Source of the DNA: Eukaryota sp. GEM-RC1
Lineage: Eukaryota
Direction: 5' to 3'
NCBI GenBank assembly: GCA_040285855.1
Contig: JAUFOQ010000003.1
Location: 1,612,001-1,676,000, forward strand
DNA: 64,000 nt
Each line of letters begins with the position of its first letter. Position 1 is the first letter of the stretch. The position numbers and the translations under genes are program-made. The notes beneath the pieces were generated by a model that was not told the DNA's origin, did not search any database, and saw only the letters and a list, made by a program, of their open reading frames with translations. Of this stretch, positions 1 to 11,131 are shown one piece after another.

Positions 1-2
1 CT

Positions 3-731
3 TCTGCTCAAGAAGCAAATTCAGCTCTTACTCAGCTCAAGAACGCAGATTGGGGAGCCGGTAAACTCGAAGTCAATTTCAAGGAACGCTACGCCAACCA
101 TTCATCTACTGGTAATAGCTTATTTCTCCGAAACATTCCTGCTTCCTGGAACGAGGACCAACTTAAGGCACTATTTGAAAAGGTAGGACCGGTTTCTTCT
201 GCAACCATCAACCGTACTGATGGTAATATCTCTATTGAATCTGGTTATGTTAACTTTAAACATTCTGCTCATGCCACTAACGCCAAATTCGAGTTTGATG
301 GTGTTTTCCTTGATCACCGACCCCTCAAGGTTGCTTTTGCTAAGCCCCGCGGTCAACGCATTGCTGAATCGAAGTCACTTAGCAAACCATACATCTCTGC
401 AAATCCTGCTCCAGTGGCCACCTTCCAAAATCACACAGTCCGTCAAAGTCCCCCTGTAGTAGTCACCCCTCATGTTGAAACCCCTTCCAACAACACTGCT
501 CCCGCAGATCAATGGAAGGCAGAGATTGAAGGTATGTCCGAAGAGGATTCTGTGTTCTTCCTTACCAAAAGGTTGTTTGACAAGTTGAAGGAAAAAGACT
601 CTCAACATGCTCCTAAGATTGCTGGAATGTTCAAAGAACTTGGCCTTGAGGAACTTATCAAACTCAATGAAAACGAACAATACTTTGAAGAGAATTATGA
701 AGAAGCTAGAACTGTTCTTGTTAATAATTAG
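3..731 (+). CDS. PABP: Polyadenylate-binding protein, 3' part (last RRM + MLLE/PABC-like domain); 5' end lies outside the window
   Basis: Frame open from nt 3 to TAG at 729-731. RRM: SLFLRNIPASWNEDQLKALFEKVGPV...GYVNF...PLKVAFAK. C-terminal APKIAGMFKELGLEELIKL...EEARTVL resembles PABC (KITGMLLE). Confidence 0.8.
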   Translation, partial: SAQEANSALTQLKNADWGAGKLEVNFKERYANHSSTGNSLFLRNIPASWNEDQLKALFEKVGPVSSATINRTDGNISIESGYVNFKHSAHATNAKFEFDGVFLDHRPLKVAFAKPRGQRIAESKSLSKPYISANPAPVATFQNHTVRQSPPVVVTPHVETPSNNTAPADQWKAEIEGMSEEDSVFFLTKRLFDKLKEKDSQHAPKIAGMFKELGLEELIKLNENEQYFEENYEEARTVLVNN

Positions 732-780
732 TATGTATGGCGATAATAAAGTTCATGAGTTGGAGATTTTATTTTTTTAA

Positions 781-2045
781 CTACATTTGGGATGTCTTGG
801 TCTTTGGTGCTAACTTGTTGTTGAGCTGTGTATAAATTTTGGTGTAGAGAGAATCTGATACGCGATCAACTGCAGAGATCACTTTTCGGGATGAAATAGA
901 ATCCATATCGTGTTCTGTTCGCTCCACGTATAGTGAACCATCAGACTCCCTTGTAAGTCGAAAATCTAATTGGTTGATGCTAATCAAGTGTGTAAGAATG
1001 GACAGCATTTCAGATTCGGTTAGAGAGAAATTCTGGACAAGAGTGGAAAGAGACACGTTTAAATATGGACTCAGTGAAGTGATTATTGATTTGTGGAGAA
1101 GGGTTGATGCAAAATCACGGATATAACGATGCAAGTGTAGGTCGATAGCAAAACGATGGCGAACCTCTGAATTATTCAAGAGCGAGACAAAGAGGCAAAC
1201 TCTAGACGAGAGAAGGTCATCACCAGTTGAGATATGAGCGGTTCATCTGAGAGCAAGTTTCGGAAGATGTAGTTTTCGTTGATATGGGAGGATATCCATT
1301 CAGACTTCTCCACTTTGAGAGCACAAAAACAAGAATATACAACGATTTCTGACAATGAGACCAATTCTCTTAGAGATATTTCATGAGTGACCGCTTTAAT
1401 AAAGAGGGGTAGGGCATCGCTGCACTTATCTTGGTGAAAAAGAGCCAAAGCGCGTGTTAGTTCGACCTTTTGAGCATACTGTTCAGCGATGTCCTGAGAA
1501 ATAGATGACCCGCTAGCTAGGTCTCGAAGTAATACTGTAGTTCGATCGATGTGAACCAGTGCTTCACCGTATTTGTCCATATAACAGCATATGAGAGCAA
1601 GCAGGTAAAACAGTTCCAAAGTAGTACTTGAGGAACCAATGAAATCACGAAGATCTGTAAGTGCAGTATATGCCGATTCAAGATTTCCTACAGAGATATA
1701 AGAACGCGCTCTCGATATGGTTGTCTGTCTAATAAGCTCAGCAATCATTGACGACTGAGCCTGAGACTTCTCCTCGGACAATCGGTGCTGCTCATGATTG
1801 AAATCAGCTTCAGAAATCGCCAGCCAGTTCTCTAAGTGAGGCATCATAATGGAGTGGTGTTCGGGGTGTTCAGAAGCCCATATTCTATATAATACAAACA
1901 ATTTGGATGATTTAAGAAATGAAGTTGTCCTATGAACCGTTTCAGAAGTGACAGAAGCAGCATTAAAAGTTGCAAAGTAATGAAGAATCCTTTGAGCTTT
2001 GGGCACAGGATCGAGATCAAGTTCAAAGAGAGACATTTGAGACAT
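781..2045 (-). CDS. PCI-domain protein, COP9 signalosome subunit 1 (CSN1)/Rpn7 family; one frameshift near 1177
   Basis: ORFs 1176-2093 and 781-1179 join into a CSN1-like protein (LIRQTTISRARSYISVGNLESA...LRDF; ELVSLSEIVVYSCFCAL; SPYLNVSLSTLVQNF...LTHLI winged helix). Likely ATG at 2045 or 2036. Confidence 0.7.
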
Positions 2046-2066
2046 TTTTGGAACAAAACTTCTCTC

Positions 2067-5000
2067 ATGAACTTCGATTTGGATGACTTCCAAGACTGCC
2101 TTGATGTTGATTCAGACATTGTCGATGACTTTGATCAGTTTGAAGACTGTGTCCCGGTTGATTCAGCCACTTTGAGTCATCCTCAATCTACGTCTTTAAA
2201 CTCTGATACTTTGACTGAATCTGCTTCCAAGCCATTCACGGAAGTGGATATGGATTCTAGTATGTGTGATACTGATGCTCTTGACTTGCATGTTCTGAAT
2301 GAAAAATGCGTGAATATTACACAAGAGGAGTTACTAATTGAAACTGTAGTTGAAGAAGAACAATCAGTTGAAGTTACTGCTGATGATGATCAAATTACTC
2401 ATGAACAATTGCCAGTTGAAACTGTAGATGAAGAAGAACAATCAGTTGAAGTTACTGCTGATGATCAAATTACTCATGAACAATTACCAGTTGAAACTGT
2501 CGTTGAAGAAGAACAATCAGTTGAAGTTACTGCTGATGATCAAATTACTCATGAACAATTACCAGTTGAAACTGTCGTTGAAGAAGAACAATCAGTTGAA
2601 GTTACCGCTGCTGATGATGAACAAATTACTCATGAACAATTACCAGTTGAAACTGTCGTTGAAGAAGAACAATCAGTTGAAGTTACTGCTGCTGATGAAC
2701 AAATTACTCATGAACAATTACCAGTTGAAACTGTAGATGAAGAAGAACAATCAGTTGAAGTTACTGCTGCTGATGAACAAATTACTCATGAACAATTACC
2801 AGTTGAAACTGTAGATGAAGAAGAACAATCAGTTGAAGTTACTGCTGATGATGAACAAATTACTCATGAACAATTACCAATTGAAACTGTCGTTGATGAA
2901 GAACAATCAGTTGATGTTACTGCTGATGATGATCAAATTACTCATGAACAATTACCAGTTGAAACTGTCGTTGAAGAAGAACAATCAGTTGAAGTTACCG
3001 CTGATGATGATCAAATTACTCATGAACAATTACCAGTTGAAACTGTCGTTGAAGAAGAACAATCAGTTGAAGTTACCGCTGATGATGAACAAGTTGTTCA
3101 AGAGGAATTACCAGTTGAAACTGTCGTTGAAGAAGAACAATCAGTTGAAGTTACCGCTGATGATGATCAAGTTGTTCAAGAAGAATTGCCAGTTGAAACT
3201 GTCGTTGAAGAAGAACAATCAGTTGAAGTTACCGCTGATGATGATCAAATTACTGATGAACAATTACCAGTTGAAACTGTCGTTGAAGAAGAACAATCAG
3301 TTGAAGTTACTGCTGATGATGAACAAGTTGTTCAAGAAGAATTGCCCGTTGAAACTGTAGTTGAAGAAGAACAATCAGTTGAAGTTACTGCTGATGATGA
3401 ACAAGTTGTTCAAGAAGAATTGCCCGTTGAAACTGTAGTTGAAGAAGAACAATCAGTTGAAGTTACCGCTGATGATGAACAAGTTGTTCAAGAAGAATTG
3501 CCCGTTGAAACTGTAGTTGAAGAAGAACAATCAGTTGAAGTTACCGCTGATGATGATCAAATTACTCATGAACAATTGCCAGTTGAAACTGTCGTTGAAG
3601 AAGAACAATCAGTTGAAGTTACTGCTGATGATGAACAAGTTGTTCAAGAAGAATTGCCCGTTGAAACCGTAGTTGAAGAAGAACAATCAGTTGAAGTTAC
3701 TGCTGATGATGAACAAGTTGTTCAAGAAGAATTGCCCGTTGAAACCGTAGTTGAAGAAGAACAATCAGTTGAAGTTACCGCTGATGATGATCAAATTACT
3801 CATGTACAATTACCAGTTGAAACTGTCGTTGAAGAAGAACAATCAGTTGAAGTTACCGCTGATGATGAACAAGTTGTTCAAGAAGAATTGCCCGTTGAAA
3901 CTGTAGTTGAAGAAGAACAATCAGTTGAAGTTACCGCTGATGATGAACAAGTTGTTCAAGAAGAATTGCCCGTTGAAACTGTCGTTGAAGAAGAACAATC
4001 AGTTGAAGTTACCGCTGCTGATGATGAACAAATTACTCATGAACAATTACCAGTTGAAACTGTCGTTGAAGAAGAACAATCAGTTGAAGTTACTGCTGCT
4101 GATGAACAAATTACTCATGAACAATTACCAGTTGAAACTGTCGTTGAAGAAGAACAATCAGTTGAAGTTACTGCTGCTGATGAACAAATTACTCATGAAC
4201 AATTACCAGTTGAAACTGTAGATGAAGAAGAACAATCAGTTGAAGTTACTGCTGATGATGAACAAATTACTCATGAACAATTACCAATTGAAACTGTCGT
4301 TGATGAAGAACAATCAGTTGAAGTTACTGCTGATGATGAACAAATTACTCATGAACAATTACCAATTGAAACTGTCGTTGATGAAGAACAATCAGTTGAT
4401 GTTACTGCTGATGATGATCAAATTACTCATGAACAATTACCAGTTGAAACTGTCGTTGAAGAAGAACAATCAGTTGAAGTTACCGCTGATGATGATCAAA
4501 TTACTCATGAACAATTACCAGTTGAAACTGTCGTTGAAGAAGAACAATCAGTTGAAGTTACCGCTGATGATGATCAAGTTGTTCAAGAAGAATTGCCAGT
4601 TGAAACTGTCGTTGAAGAAGAACAATCAGTTGAAGTTACCGCTGATGATGATCAAGTTGTTCAAGAAGAATTGCCAGTTGAAACTGTCGTTGAAGAAGAA
4701 CAATCAGTTGAAGTTACCGCTGATGATGATCAAATTACTGATGAACAATTACCAGTTGAAACTGTCGTTGAAGAAGAACAATCAGTTGAAGTTACTGCTG
4801 ATGATGAACAAGTTGTTCAAGAAGAATTGCCCGTTGAAACTGTAGTTGAAGAAGAACAATCAGTTGAAGTTACTGCTGATGATGAACAAGTTGTTCAAGA
4901 AGAATTGCCCGTTGAAACTGTAGTTGAAGAAGAACAATCAGTTGAAGTTACCGCTGATGATGAACAAGTTGTTCAAGAAGAATTGCCCGTTGAAACTGTA

Positions 5001-8000
5001 GTTGAAGAAGAACAATCAGTTGAAGTTACCGCTGATGATGATCAAATTACTCATGAACAATTGCCAGATGAAACTGTCGTTGAAGAAGAACAATCAGTTG
5101 AAGTTACTGCTGATGATGAACAAGTTGTTCAAGAAGAATTGCCCGTTGAAACCGTAGTTGAAGAAGAACAATCAGTTGAAGTTACTGCTGATGATGAACA
5201 AGTTGTTCAAGAAGAATTGCCCGTTGAAACCGTAGTTGAAGAAGAACAATCAGTTGAAGTTACCGCTGATGATGATCAAATTACTCATGTACAATTACCA
5301 GTTGAAACTGTCGTTGAAGAAGAACAATCAGTTGAAGTTACCGCTGATGATGAACAAGTTGTTCAAGTTCAATTGCCAGTTGAAACTGTCGTTGAAGAAG
5401 AACAATCAGTTGAAGTTACTGCTGATGATGAACAAGTTGTTCAAGAAGAATTGCCCGTTGAAACTGTAGTTGAAGAAGAACAATCAGTTGAAGTTTCCGC
5501 TGATGATGAACAAGTTGTTCAAGAAGAATTGCCCGTTGAAACTGTAGTTGAAGAAGAACAATCAGTTGAAGTTACTGCTGATGATGAACAAGTTGTTCAA
5601 GAAGAATTGCCCGTTGAAACTGTAGTTGAAGAAGAACAATCAGTTGAAGTTGCTGCTGATGATGAACAAATTACTCATGAACAATTACCAGTTGAAACTG
5701 TCGTTGAAGAAGAACAATCAGTTGAAGTTGCTGCTGATGATGAACAAATTACTCATGAACAATTACCAGTTGAAACTGTCGTTGAAGAAGAACAATCAGT
5801 TGAAGTTACCGCTGATGATGATCAAATTACTGATGAACAATTACCAGTTGAAACTGTAGTTGAAGAAGAACAATCAGTTGAAGTTACTGCTGATGATGAA
5901 CAAGTTGTTCAAGAAGAATTGCCCGTTGAAACTGTAGTTGAAGAAGAACAATCAGTTGAAGTTACTGCTGATGATGAACAAGTTGTTCATGAACAATTGC
6001 CAGATGAAACTGTCGTTGAAGAAGAACAATCAGTTGAAGTTACTGTTGCTGATGATCAAATTACTCATGAACAATTGCCAGATGAAACTGTCGTTGAAGA
6101 AGAACAATCAGTTGAAGTTACTGTTGCTGATGATCAAATTACTCATGAACAATTGCCAGATGAAACTGTCGTTGAAGAAGAACAATCAGTTGAAGTTACT
6201 GTTGCTGATGATCAAATTACTCATGAACAATTGCCAGATGAAACTGTCGTTGAAGAAGAACAATCAGTTGAAGTTACTGCTGATGATGAACAAGTTGTTC
6301 AAGAAGAATTGCCCGTTGAAACTGTAGTTGAAGAAGAACAATCAGTTGAAGTTACTGCTGATGATGAACAAGTTGTTGAAGAAGAATTGCCAGTTGAAAC
6401 TGTCGTTGAAGAAGAACAATCAGTTGAAGTTGCTGCTGATGATGAACAAATTACTCATGAACAATTACCAGTTGAAACTGTCGTTGAAGAAGAACAATCA
6501 GTTGAAGTTGCTGCTGATGATGAACAAATTACTCATGAACAATTACCAGTTGAAACTGTCGTTGAAGAAGAACAATCAGTTGAAGTTACCGCTGATGATG
6601 AACAAATTACTCATGAACAATTACCAGTTGAAACTGTCGTTGAAGAAGAACAATCAGTTGAAGTTACCGCTGATGATGATCAAATTACTGATGAACAATT
6701 ACCAGTTGAAACTGTAGTTGAAGAAGAACAATCAGTTGAAGTTACTGCTGATGATGAACAAGTTGTTCAAGAAGAATTGCCCGTTGAAACTGTAGTTGAA
6801 GAAGAACAATCAGTTGAAGTTACTGCTGATGATGAACAAGTTGTTCAAGAAGAATTGCCCGTTGAAACTGTAGTTGAAGAAGAACAATCAGTTGAAGTTA
6901 CTGCTGATGATGAACAAGTTGTTCAAGAAGAATTGCCCGTTGAAACTGTAGTTGAAGAAGAACAATCAGTTGAAGTTACTGCTGATGATGAACAAGTTGT
7001 TCAAGAAGAATTGCCCGTTGAAACTGTAGTTGAAGAAGAACAATCAGTTGAAGTTACTGCTGATGATGAACAAGTTGTTCAAGAAGAATTGCCCGTTGAA
7101 ACCGTAGTTGAAGAAGAACAATCAGTTGAAGTTACTGCTGATGATGATCAAATTACTCATGAACAATTACCAGTTGAAACTGTCGTTGAAGAAGAACAAT
7201 CAGTTGAAGTTACCGCTGATGATGATCAAATTACTCATGTACAATTACCAGTTGAAACTGTCGTTGAAGAAGAACAATCAGTTGAAGTTACCGCTGATGA
7301 TGATCAAATTACTCATGAACAATTGCCAGTTGAAACTGTCGTTGAAGAAGAACAATCAGTTGAAGTTACCGCTGATGATGAACAAGTTGTTCAAGAAGAA
7401 TTGCCCGTTGAAACTGTAGTTGAAGAAGAACAATCAGTTGAAGTTACTGCTGATGATGAACAAGTTGTTCAAGAAGAATTGCCCGTTGAAACTGTAGTTG
7501 AAGAAGAACAATCAGTTGAAGTTACTGCTGATGATGAACAAGTTGTTCAAGAAGAATTGCCCGTTGAAACTGTAGTTGAAGAAGAACAATCAGTTGAAGT
7601 TACTGCTGATGATGAACAAGTTGTTCAAGAAGAATTGCCCGTTGAAACTGTAGTTGAAGAAGAACAATCAGTTGAAGTTACTGCTGATGATGAACAAGTT
7701 GTTCAAGAAGAATTGCCCGTTGAAACTGTAGTTGAAGAAGAACAATCAGTTGAAGTTACTGCTGATGATGAACAAGTTGTTCAAGAAGAATTGCCCGTTG
7801 AAACCGTAGTTGAAGAAGAACAATCAGTTGAAGTTACTGCTGATGATGATCAAATTACTCATGAACAATTACCAGTTGAAACTGTCGTTGAAGAAGAACA
7901 ATCAGTTGAAGTTACCGCTGATGATGATCAAATTACTCATGTACAATTACCAGTTGAAACTGTCGTTGAAGAAGAACAATCAGTTGAAGTTACCGCTGAT

Positions 8001-10301
8001 GATGATCAAATTACTCATGAACAATTGCCAGTTGAAACTGTCGTTGAAGAAGAACAATCAGTTGAAGTTACCGCTGATGATGAACAAGTTGTTCAAGAAG
8101 AATTGCCCGTTGAAACTGTCGTTGAAGAAGAACAATCAGTTGAAGTTACCGCTGATGATGAACAAGTTGTTCAAGAAGAATTGCCCGTTGAAACTGTAGT
8201 TGAAGAAGAACAATCAGTTGAAGTTACCGCTGATGATGAACAAGTTGTTCAAGAAGAATTGCCCGTTGAAACTGTAGTTGAAGAAGAACAATCAGTTGAA
8301 GTTACCGCTGATGATGATCAAATTACTCATGAACAATTACCAGTTGAAACTGTCGTTGAAGAAGAACAATCAGTTGAAGTTACCGCTGATGATGAACAAG
8401 TTGTTCAAGAAGAATTGCCCGTTGAAACCGTAGTTGAAGAAGAACAATCAGTTGAAGTTACTGCTGATGATGATCAAATTACTCATGAACAATTACCAGT
8501 TGAAACTGTCGTTGAAGAAGAACAATCAGTTGAAGTTACCGCTGATGATGATCAAATTACTCATGTACAATTACCAGTTGAAACTGTCGTTGAAGAAGAA
8601 CAATCAGTTGAAGTTACCGCTGATGATGATCAAATTACTCATGAACAATTGCCAGTTGAAACTGTCGTTGAAGAAGAACAATCAGTTGAAGTTACCGCTG
8701 ATGATGAACAAGTTGTTCAAGAAGAATTGCCCGTTGAAACTGTCGTTGAAGAAGAACAATCAGTTGAAGTTACCGCTGATGATGAACAAGTTGTTCAAGA
8801 AGAATTGCCCGTTGAAACTGTCGTTGAAGAAGAACAATCAGTTGAAGTTACCGCTGATGATGAACAAGTTGTTCAAGAAGAATTACCAATTGAAACTGTC
8901 GTTGATGAAGAACAATCAGTTGATGTTACTGCTGATGATGATCAAATTACTCATGAACAATTACCAGTTGAAACTGTGGTTGAAGAAGAACAATCAGTTG
9001 AAGTTACCGCTGATGATGATCAAATTACTCATGAACAATTACCAGTTGAAACTGTGGTTGAAGAAGAACAATCAGTTGAAGTTACCGCTGATGATGATCA
9101 AATTACTCATGAACAATTACCAGTTGAAACTGTGGTTGAAGAAGAACAATCAGTTGAAGTTACCGCTGATGATGATCAAGTTGTTCAAGAAGAATTACCA
9201 ATTGAAACTGTCGTTGATGAAGAACAATCAGTTGATGTTACTGCTGATGATGATCAAATTACTCATGAACAATTACCAGTTGAAACTGTCGTTGAAGAAG
9301 AACAATCAGTTGAAGTTACCGCTGATGATGATCAAATTACTCATGAACAATTACCAGTTGAAACTGTGGTTGAAGAAGAACAATCAGTTGAAGTTACCGC
9401 TGATGATGATCAAATTACTCATGAACAATTACCAGTTGAAACTGTGGTTGAAGAAGAACAATCAGTTGAAGTTACCGCTGATGATGATCAAATTACTCAT
9501 GAACAATTACCAGTTGAAACTGTGGTTGAAGAAGAACAATCAGTTGAAGTTACCGCTGATGATGATCAAGTTGTTCAAGAAGAATTACCAGTTGAAACTG
9601 TAGTTGAAGAAGAACAATCAGTTGAAGTTACTGCTGATGATGATCAAGTTGTTCAAGAAGAATTGCCAGTTGAAACTGTAGTTGAAGAAGAACAATCAGT
9701 TGAAGTTACTGCTGATGATGAACAAGTTGTTCAAGAAGAATTGCCCGTTGAAACTGTAGTTGAAGAAGAACAATCAGTTGAAGTTACTGCTGATGATGAA
9801 CAAGTTGTTCAAGAAGAATTGCCAGTTGAAACTGTCGTTGAAGAAGAACAATCAGTTGAAGTTGCTGCTGATGATAATGATTCCACTTTAAGAGTTACTA
9901 TTCCTCGACGATCTTCATCTGTTTCTCACGTTGTTCTTCCGTTTCACTCCACTTTAAGCCCAGCATCATCTAAGAGACTTCAAAATCTCTATCTCCAAGG
10001 TTACCTTATGAAACAGTCTGGAATTTTTAAACGTTGGATAAAACGCTGGTTTGTTCTATCCAACAAAGTTTTATCCTACTATGAGAACAGCACAACTTCA
10101 GAACCCAAAGCCCGTCTTCATTTGACCTCTGTAAGTACTGCGGGTGTTATTCCCACAGATGTTTCCATTAAAGAAGACAAACGGGATAGATGTTTCTTTG
10201 TGTGTATAGCACCGGGGGAACGTGTCTATTATCTTGAGGCAAATAGCATTGCTGATCAAAAGAGATGGATTGGTGCTATCACAAAAGCTGCTTCTTCGTA
10301 A
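2067..10301 (+). CDS. Giant acidic repeat protein: N-terminal FFAT-like motifs, ~97 x 26-aa E/V/D-rich repeats, C-terminal PH domain
   Basis: Uninterrupted ORF; likely ATG 2067 (MNFDLDDFQDCLD). PH domain LQGYLMKQSGIFKRWIKRWFVL...YYLEANSIADQKRWIGAI at ~9990-10290. Confidence 0.8.
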   Translation: MNFDLDDFQDCLDVDSDIVDDFDQFEDCVPVDSATLSHPQSTSLNSDTLTESASKPFTEVDMDSSMCDTDALDLHVLNEKCVNITQEELLIETVVEEEQSVEVTADDDQITHEQLPVETVDEEEQSVEVTADDQITHEQLPVETVVEEEQSVEVTADDQITHEQLPVETVVEEEQSVEVTAADDEQITHEQLPVETVVEEEQSVEVTAADEQITHEQLPVETVDEEEQSVEVTAADEQITHEQLPVETVDEEEQSVEVTADDEQITHEQLPIETVVDEEQSVDVTADDDQITHEQLPVETVVEEEQSVEVTADDDQITHEQLPVETVVEEEQSVEVTADDEQVVQEELPVETVVEEEQSVEVTADDDQVVQEELPVETVVEEEQSVEVTADDDQITDEQLPVETVVEEEQSVEVTADDEQVVQEELPVETVVEEEQSVEVTADDEQVVQEELPVETVVEEEQSVEVTADDEQVVQEELPVETVVEEEQSVEVTADDDQITHEQLPVETVVEEEQSVEVTADDEQVVQEELPVETVVEEEQSVEVTADDEQVVQEELPVETVVEEEQSVEVTADDDQITHVQLPVETVVEEEQSVEVTADDEQVVQEELPVETVVEEEQSVEVTADDEQVVQEELPVETVVEEEQSVEVTAADDEQITHEQLPVETVVEEEQSVEVTAADEQITHEQLPVETVVEEEQSVEVTAADEQITHEQLPVETVDEEEQSVEVTADDEQITHEQLPIETVVDEEQSVEVTADDEQITHEQLPIETVVDEEQSVDVTADDDQITHEQLPVETVVEEEQSVEVTADDDQITHEQLPVETVVEEEQSVEVTADDDQVVQEELPVETVVEEEQSVEVTADDDQVVQEELPVETVVEEEQSVEVTADDDQITDEQLPVETVVEEEQSVEVTADDEQVVQEELPVETVVEEEQSVEVTADDEQVVQEELPVETVVEEEQSVEVTADDEQVVQEELPVETVVEEEQSVEVTADDDQITHEQLPDETVVEEEQSVEVTADDEQVVQEELPVETVVEEEQSVEVTADDEQVVQEELPVETVVEEEQSVEVTADDDQITHVQLPVETVVEEEQSVEVTADDEQVVQVQLPVETVVEEEQSVEVTADDEQVVQEELPVETVVEEEQSVEVSADDEQVVQEELPVETVVEEEQSVEVTADDEQVVQEELPVETVVEEEQSVEVAADDEQITHEQLPVETVVEEEQSVEVAADDEQITHEQLPVETVVEEEQSVEVTADDDQITDEQLPVETVVEEEQSVEVTADDEQVVQEELPVETVVEEEQSVEVTADDEQVVHEQLPDETVVEEEQSVEVTVADDQITHEQLPDETVVEEEQSVEVTVADDQITHEQLPDETVVEEEQSVEVTVADDQITHEQLPDETVVEEEQSVEVTADDEQVVQEELPVETVVEEEQSVEVTADDEQVVEEELPVETVVEEEQSVEVAADDEQITHEQLPVETVVEEEQSVEVAADDEQITHEQLPVETVVEEEQSVEVTADDEQITHEQLPVETVVEEEQSVEVTADDDQITDEQLPVETVVEEEQSVEVTADDEQVVQEELPVETVVEEEQSVEVTADDEQVVQEELPVETVVEEEQSVEVTADDEQVVQEELPVETVVEEEQSVEVTADDEQVVQEELPVETVVEEEQSVEVTADDEQVVQEELPVETVVEEEQSVEVTADDDQITHEQLPVETVVEEEQSVEVTADDDQITHVQLPVETVVEEEQSVEVTADDDQITHEQLPVETVVEEEQSVEVTADDEQVVQEELPVETVVEEEQSVEVTADDEQVVQEELPVETVVEEEQSVEVTADDEQVVQEELPVETVVEEEQSVEVTADDEQVVQEELPVETVVEEEQSVEVTADDEQVVQEELPVETVVEEEQSVEVTADDEQVVQEELPVETVVEEEQSVEVTADDDQITHEQLPVETVVEEEQSVEVTADDDQITHVQLPVETVVEEEQSVEVTADDDQITHEQLPVETVVEEEQSVEVTADDEQVVQEELPVETVVEEEQSVEVTADDEQVVQEELPVETVVEEEQSVEVTADDEQVVQEELPVETVVEEEQSVEVTADDDQITHEQLPVETVVEEEQSVEVTADDEQVVQEELPVETVVEEEQSVEVTADDDQITHEQLPVETVVEEEQSVEVTADDDQITHVQLPVETVVEEEQSVEVTADDDQITHEQLPVETVVEEEQSVEVTADDEQVVQEELPVETVVEEEQSVEVTADDEQVVQEELPVETVVEEEQSVEVTADDEQVVQEELPIETVVDEEQSVDVTADDDQITHEQLPVETVVEEEQSVEVTADDDQITHEQLPVETVVEEEQSVEVTADDDQITHEQLPVETVVEEEQSVEVTADDDQVVQEELPIETVVDEEQSVDVTADDDQITHEQLPVETVVEEEQSVEVTADDDQITHEQLPVETVVEEEQSVEVTADDDQITHEQLPVETVVEEEQSVEVTADDDQITHEQLPVETVVEEEQSVEVTADDDQVVQEELPVETVVEEEQSVEVTADDDQVVQEELPVETVVEEEQSVEVTADDEQVVQEELPVETVVEEEQSVEVTADDEQVVQEELPVETVVEEEQSVEVAADDNDSTLRVTIPRRSSSVSHVVLPFHSTLSPASSKRLQNLYLQGYLMKQSGIFKRWIKRWFVLSNKVLSYYENSTTSEPKARLHLTSVSTAGVIPTDVSIKEDKRDRCFFVCIAPGERVYYLEANSIADQKRWIGAITKAASS
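2330..9875 (+). repeat. Coding tandem array, 78-bp unit (LPVETVVEEEQSVEVTADD-EQVVQEE / -DQITHEQ), ~97 copies
   Basis: Direct periodicity of gttgaaactgtcgttgaagaagaacaatcagttgaagtt; two interspersed unit subtypes. Confidence 0.97.
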
Positions 10302-11131
10302 TTTTTCATTTTTGTGTTGTATTTTATGCGATTTAGTTGTACATAAATTGTATCAATATGTTCCTTTGTTATAATATTTGAAGAATGTTATTTTTGTATG
10401 CACTTTCTCAAGTTCATATGTGTATTGAAGTGTATAAATTCAAACACGAACTTTCGATGTATTTTGTATGCCTGTAGTAAGTCAATAAATTCAATTTAAA
10501 ATACAAATGGCAAAAATAATATCAATAATGAAATTAAGCTAGTGAAACCTAAAACTAGATCGTATTCAAGTGTATATTGAGACAGAACCCAGTCCACTTC
10601 CACAATGAAATGGGTCAATGGTGTCCACCGTCCATGTCTTTCCAAAAGTTCACACAAAGGTTATGAACACGATGCATACTTTGTACAGAATGTGCAATTG
10701 GCACTCAAGTGGCTCCGTTTCGAATGTGAATGGATATGGGAAGATTTTCAGTGTATCAAAAAAAACAGATCTGTACAATATTTTGAACAATCGGTCTAAA
10801 GCAGACTACCAGTGATTTAGACCATTTGGTAGAATGAACAGATATTGATATTGTTTGGGGAAGTGTTCTTTAAGATATCATAAGGAATACTCGTGACAAC
10901 TTTGAGTATGAAACAGACAATGTGAGAACAAGCTTATTGACAAGAAATAGATGCAAATAGATAGAAAAACGATCACATAACAACTCTAAGGTGCCACTGG
11001 ACCTACAATAGCAGTAATGTTTAACCGTAAATCTTGGGATTCATTAGATCAAAAGGGCCAAAAAATTGATCCACAACAATCAAATGAAACGTGTGTATTG
11101 GTAGTCAACACTTTTACATCCACACCTGACT

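Noticed and set aside
1932..2066. ORF-track start at 1932 for the giant protein
   Set aside because: It overlaps the CSN1-like CDS on the other strand; ATG 2067 is more plausible.
10605..10815. Short ORFs between the two PH genes
   Set aside because: No recognisable motifs and short length.
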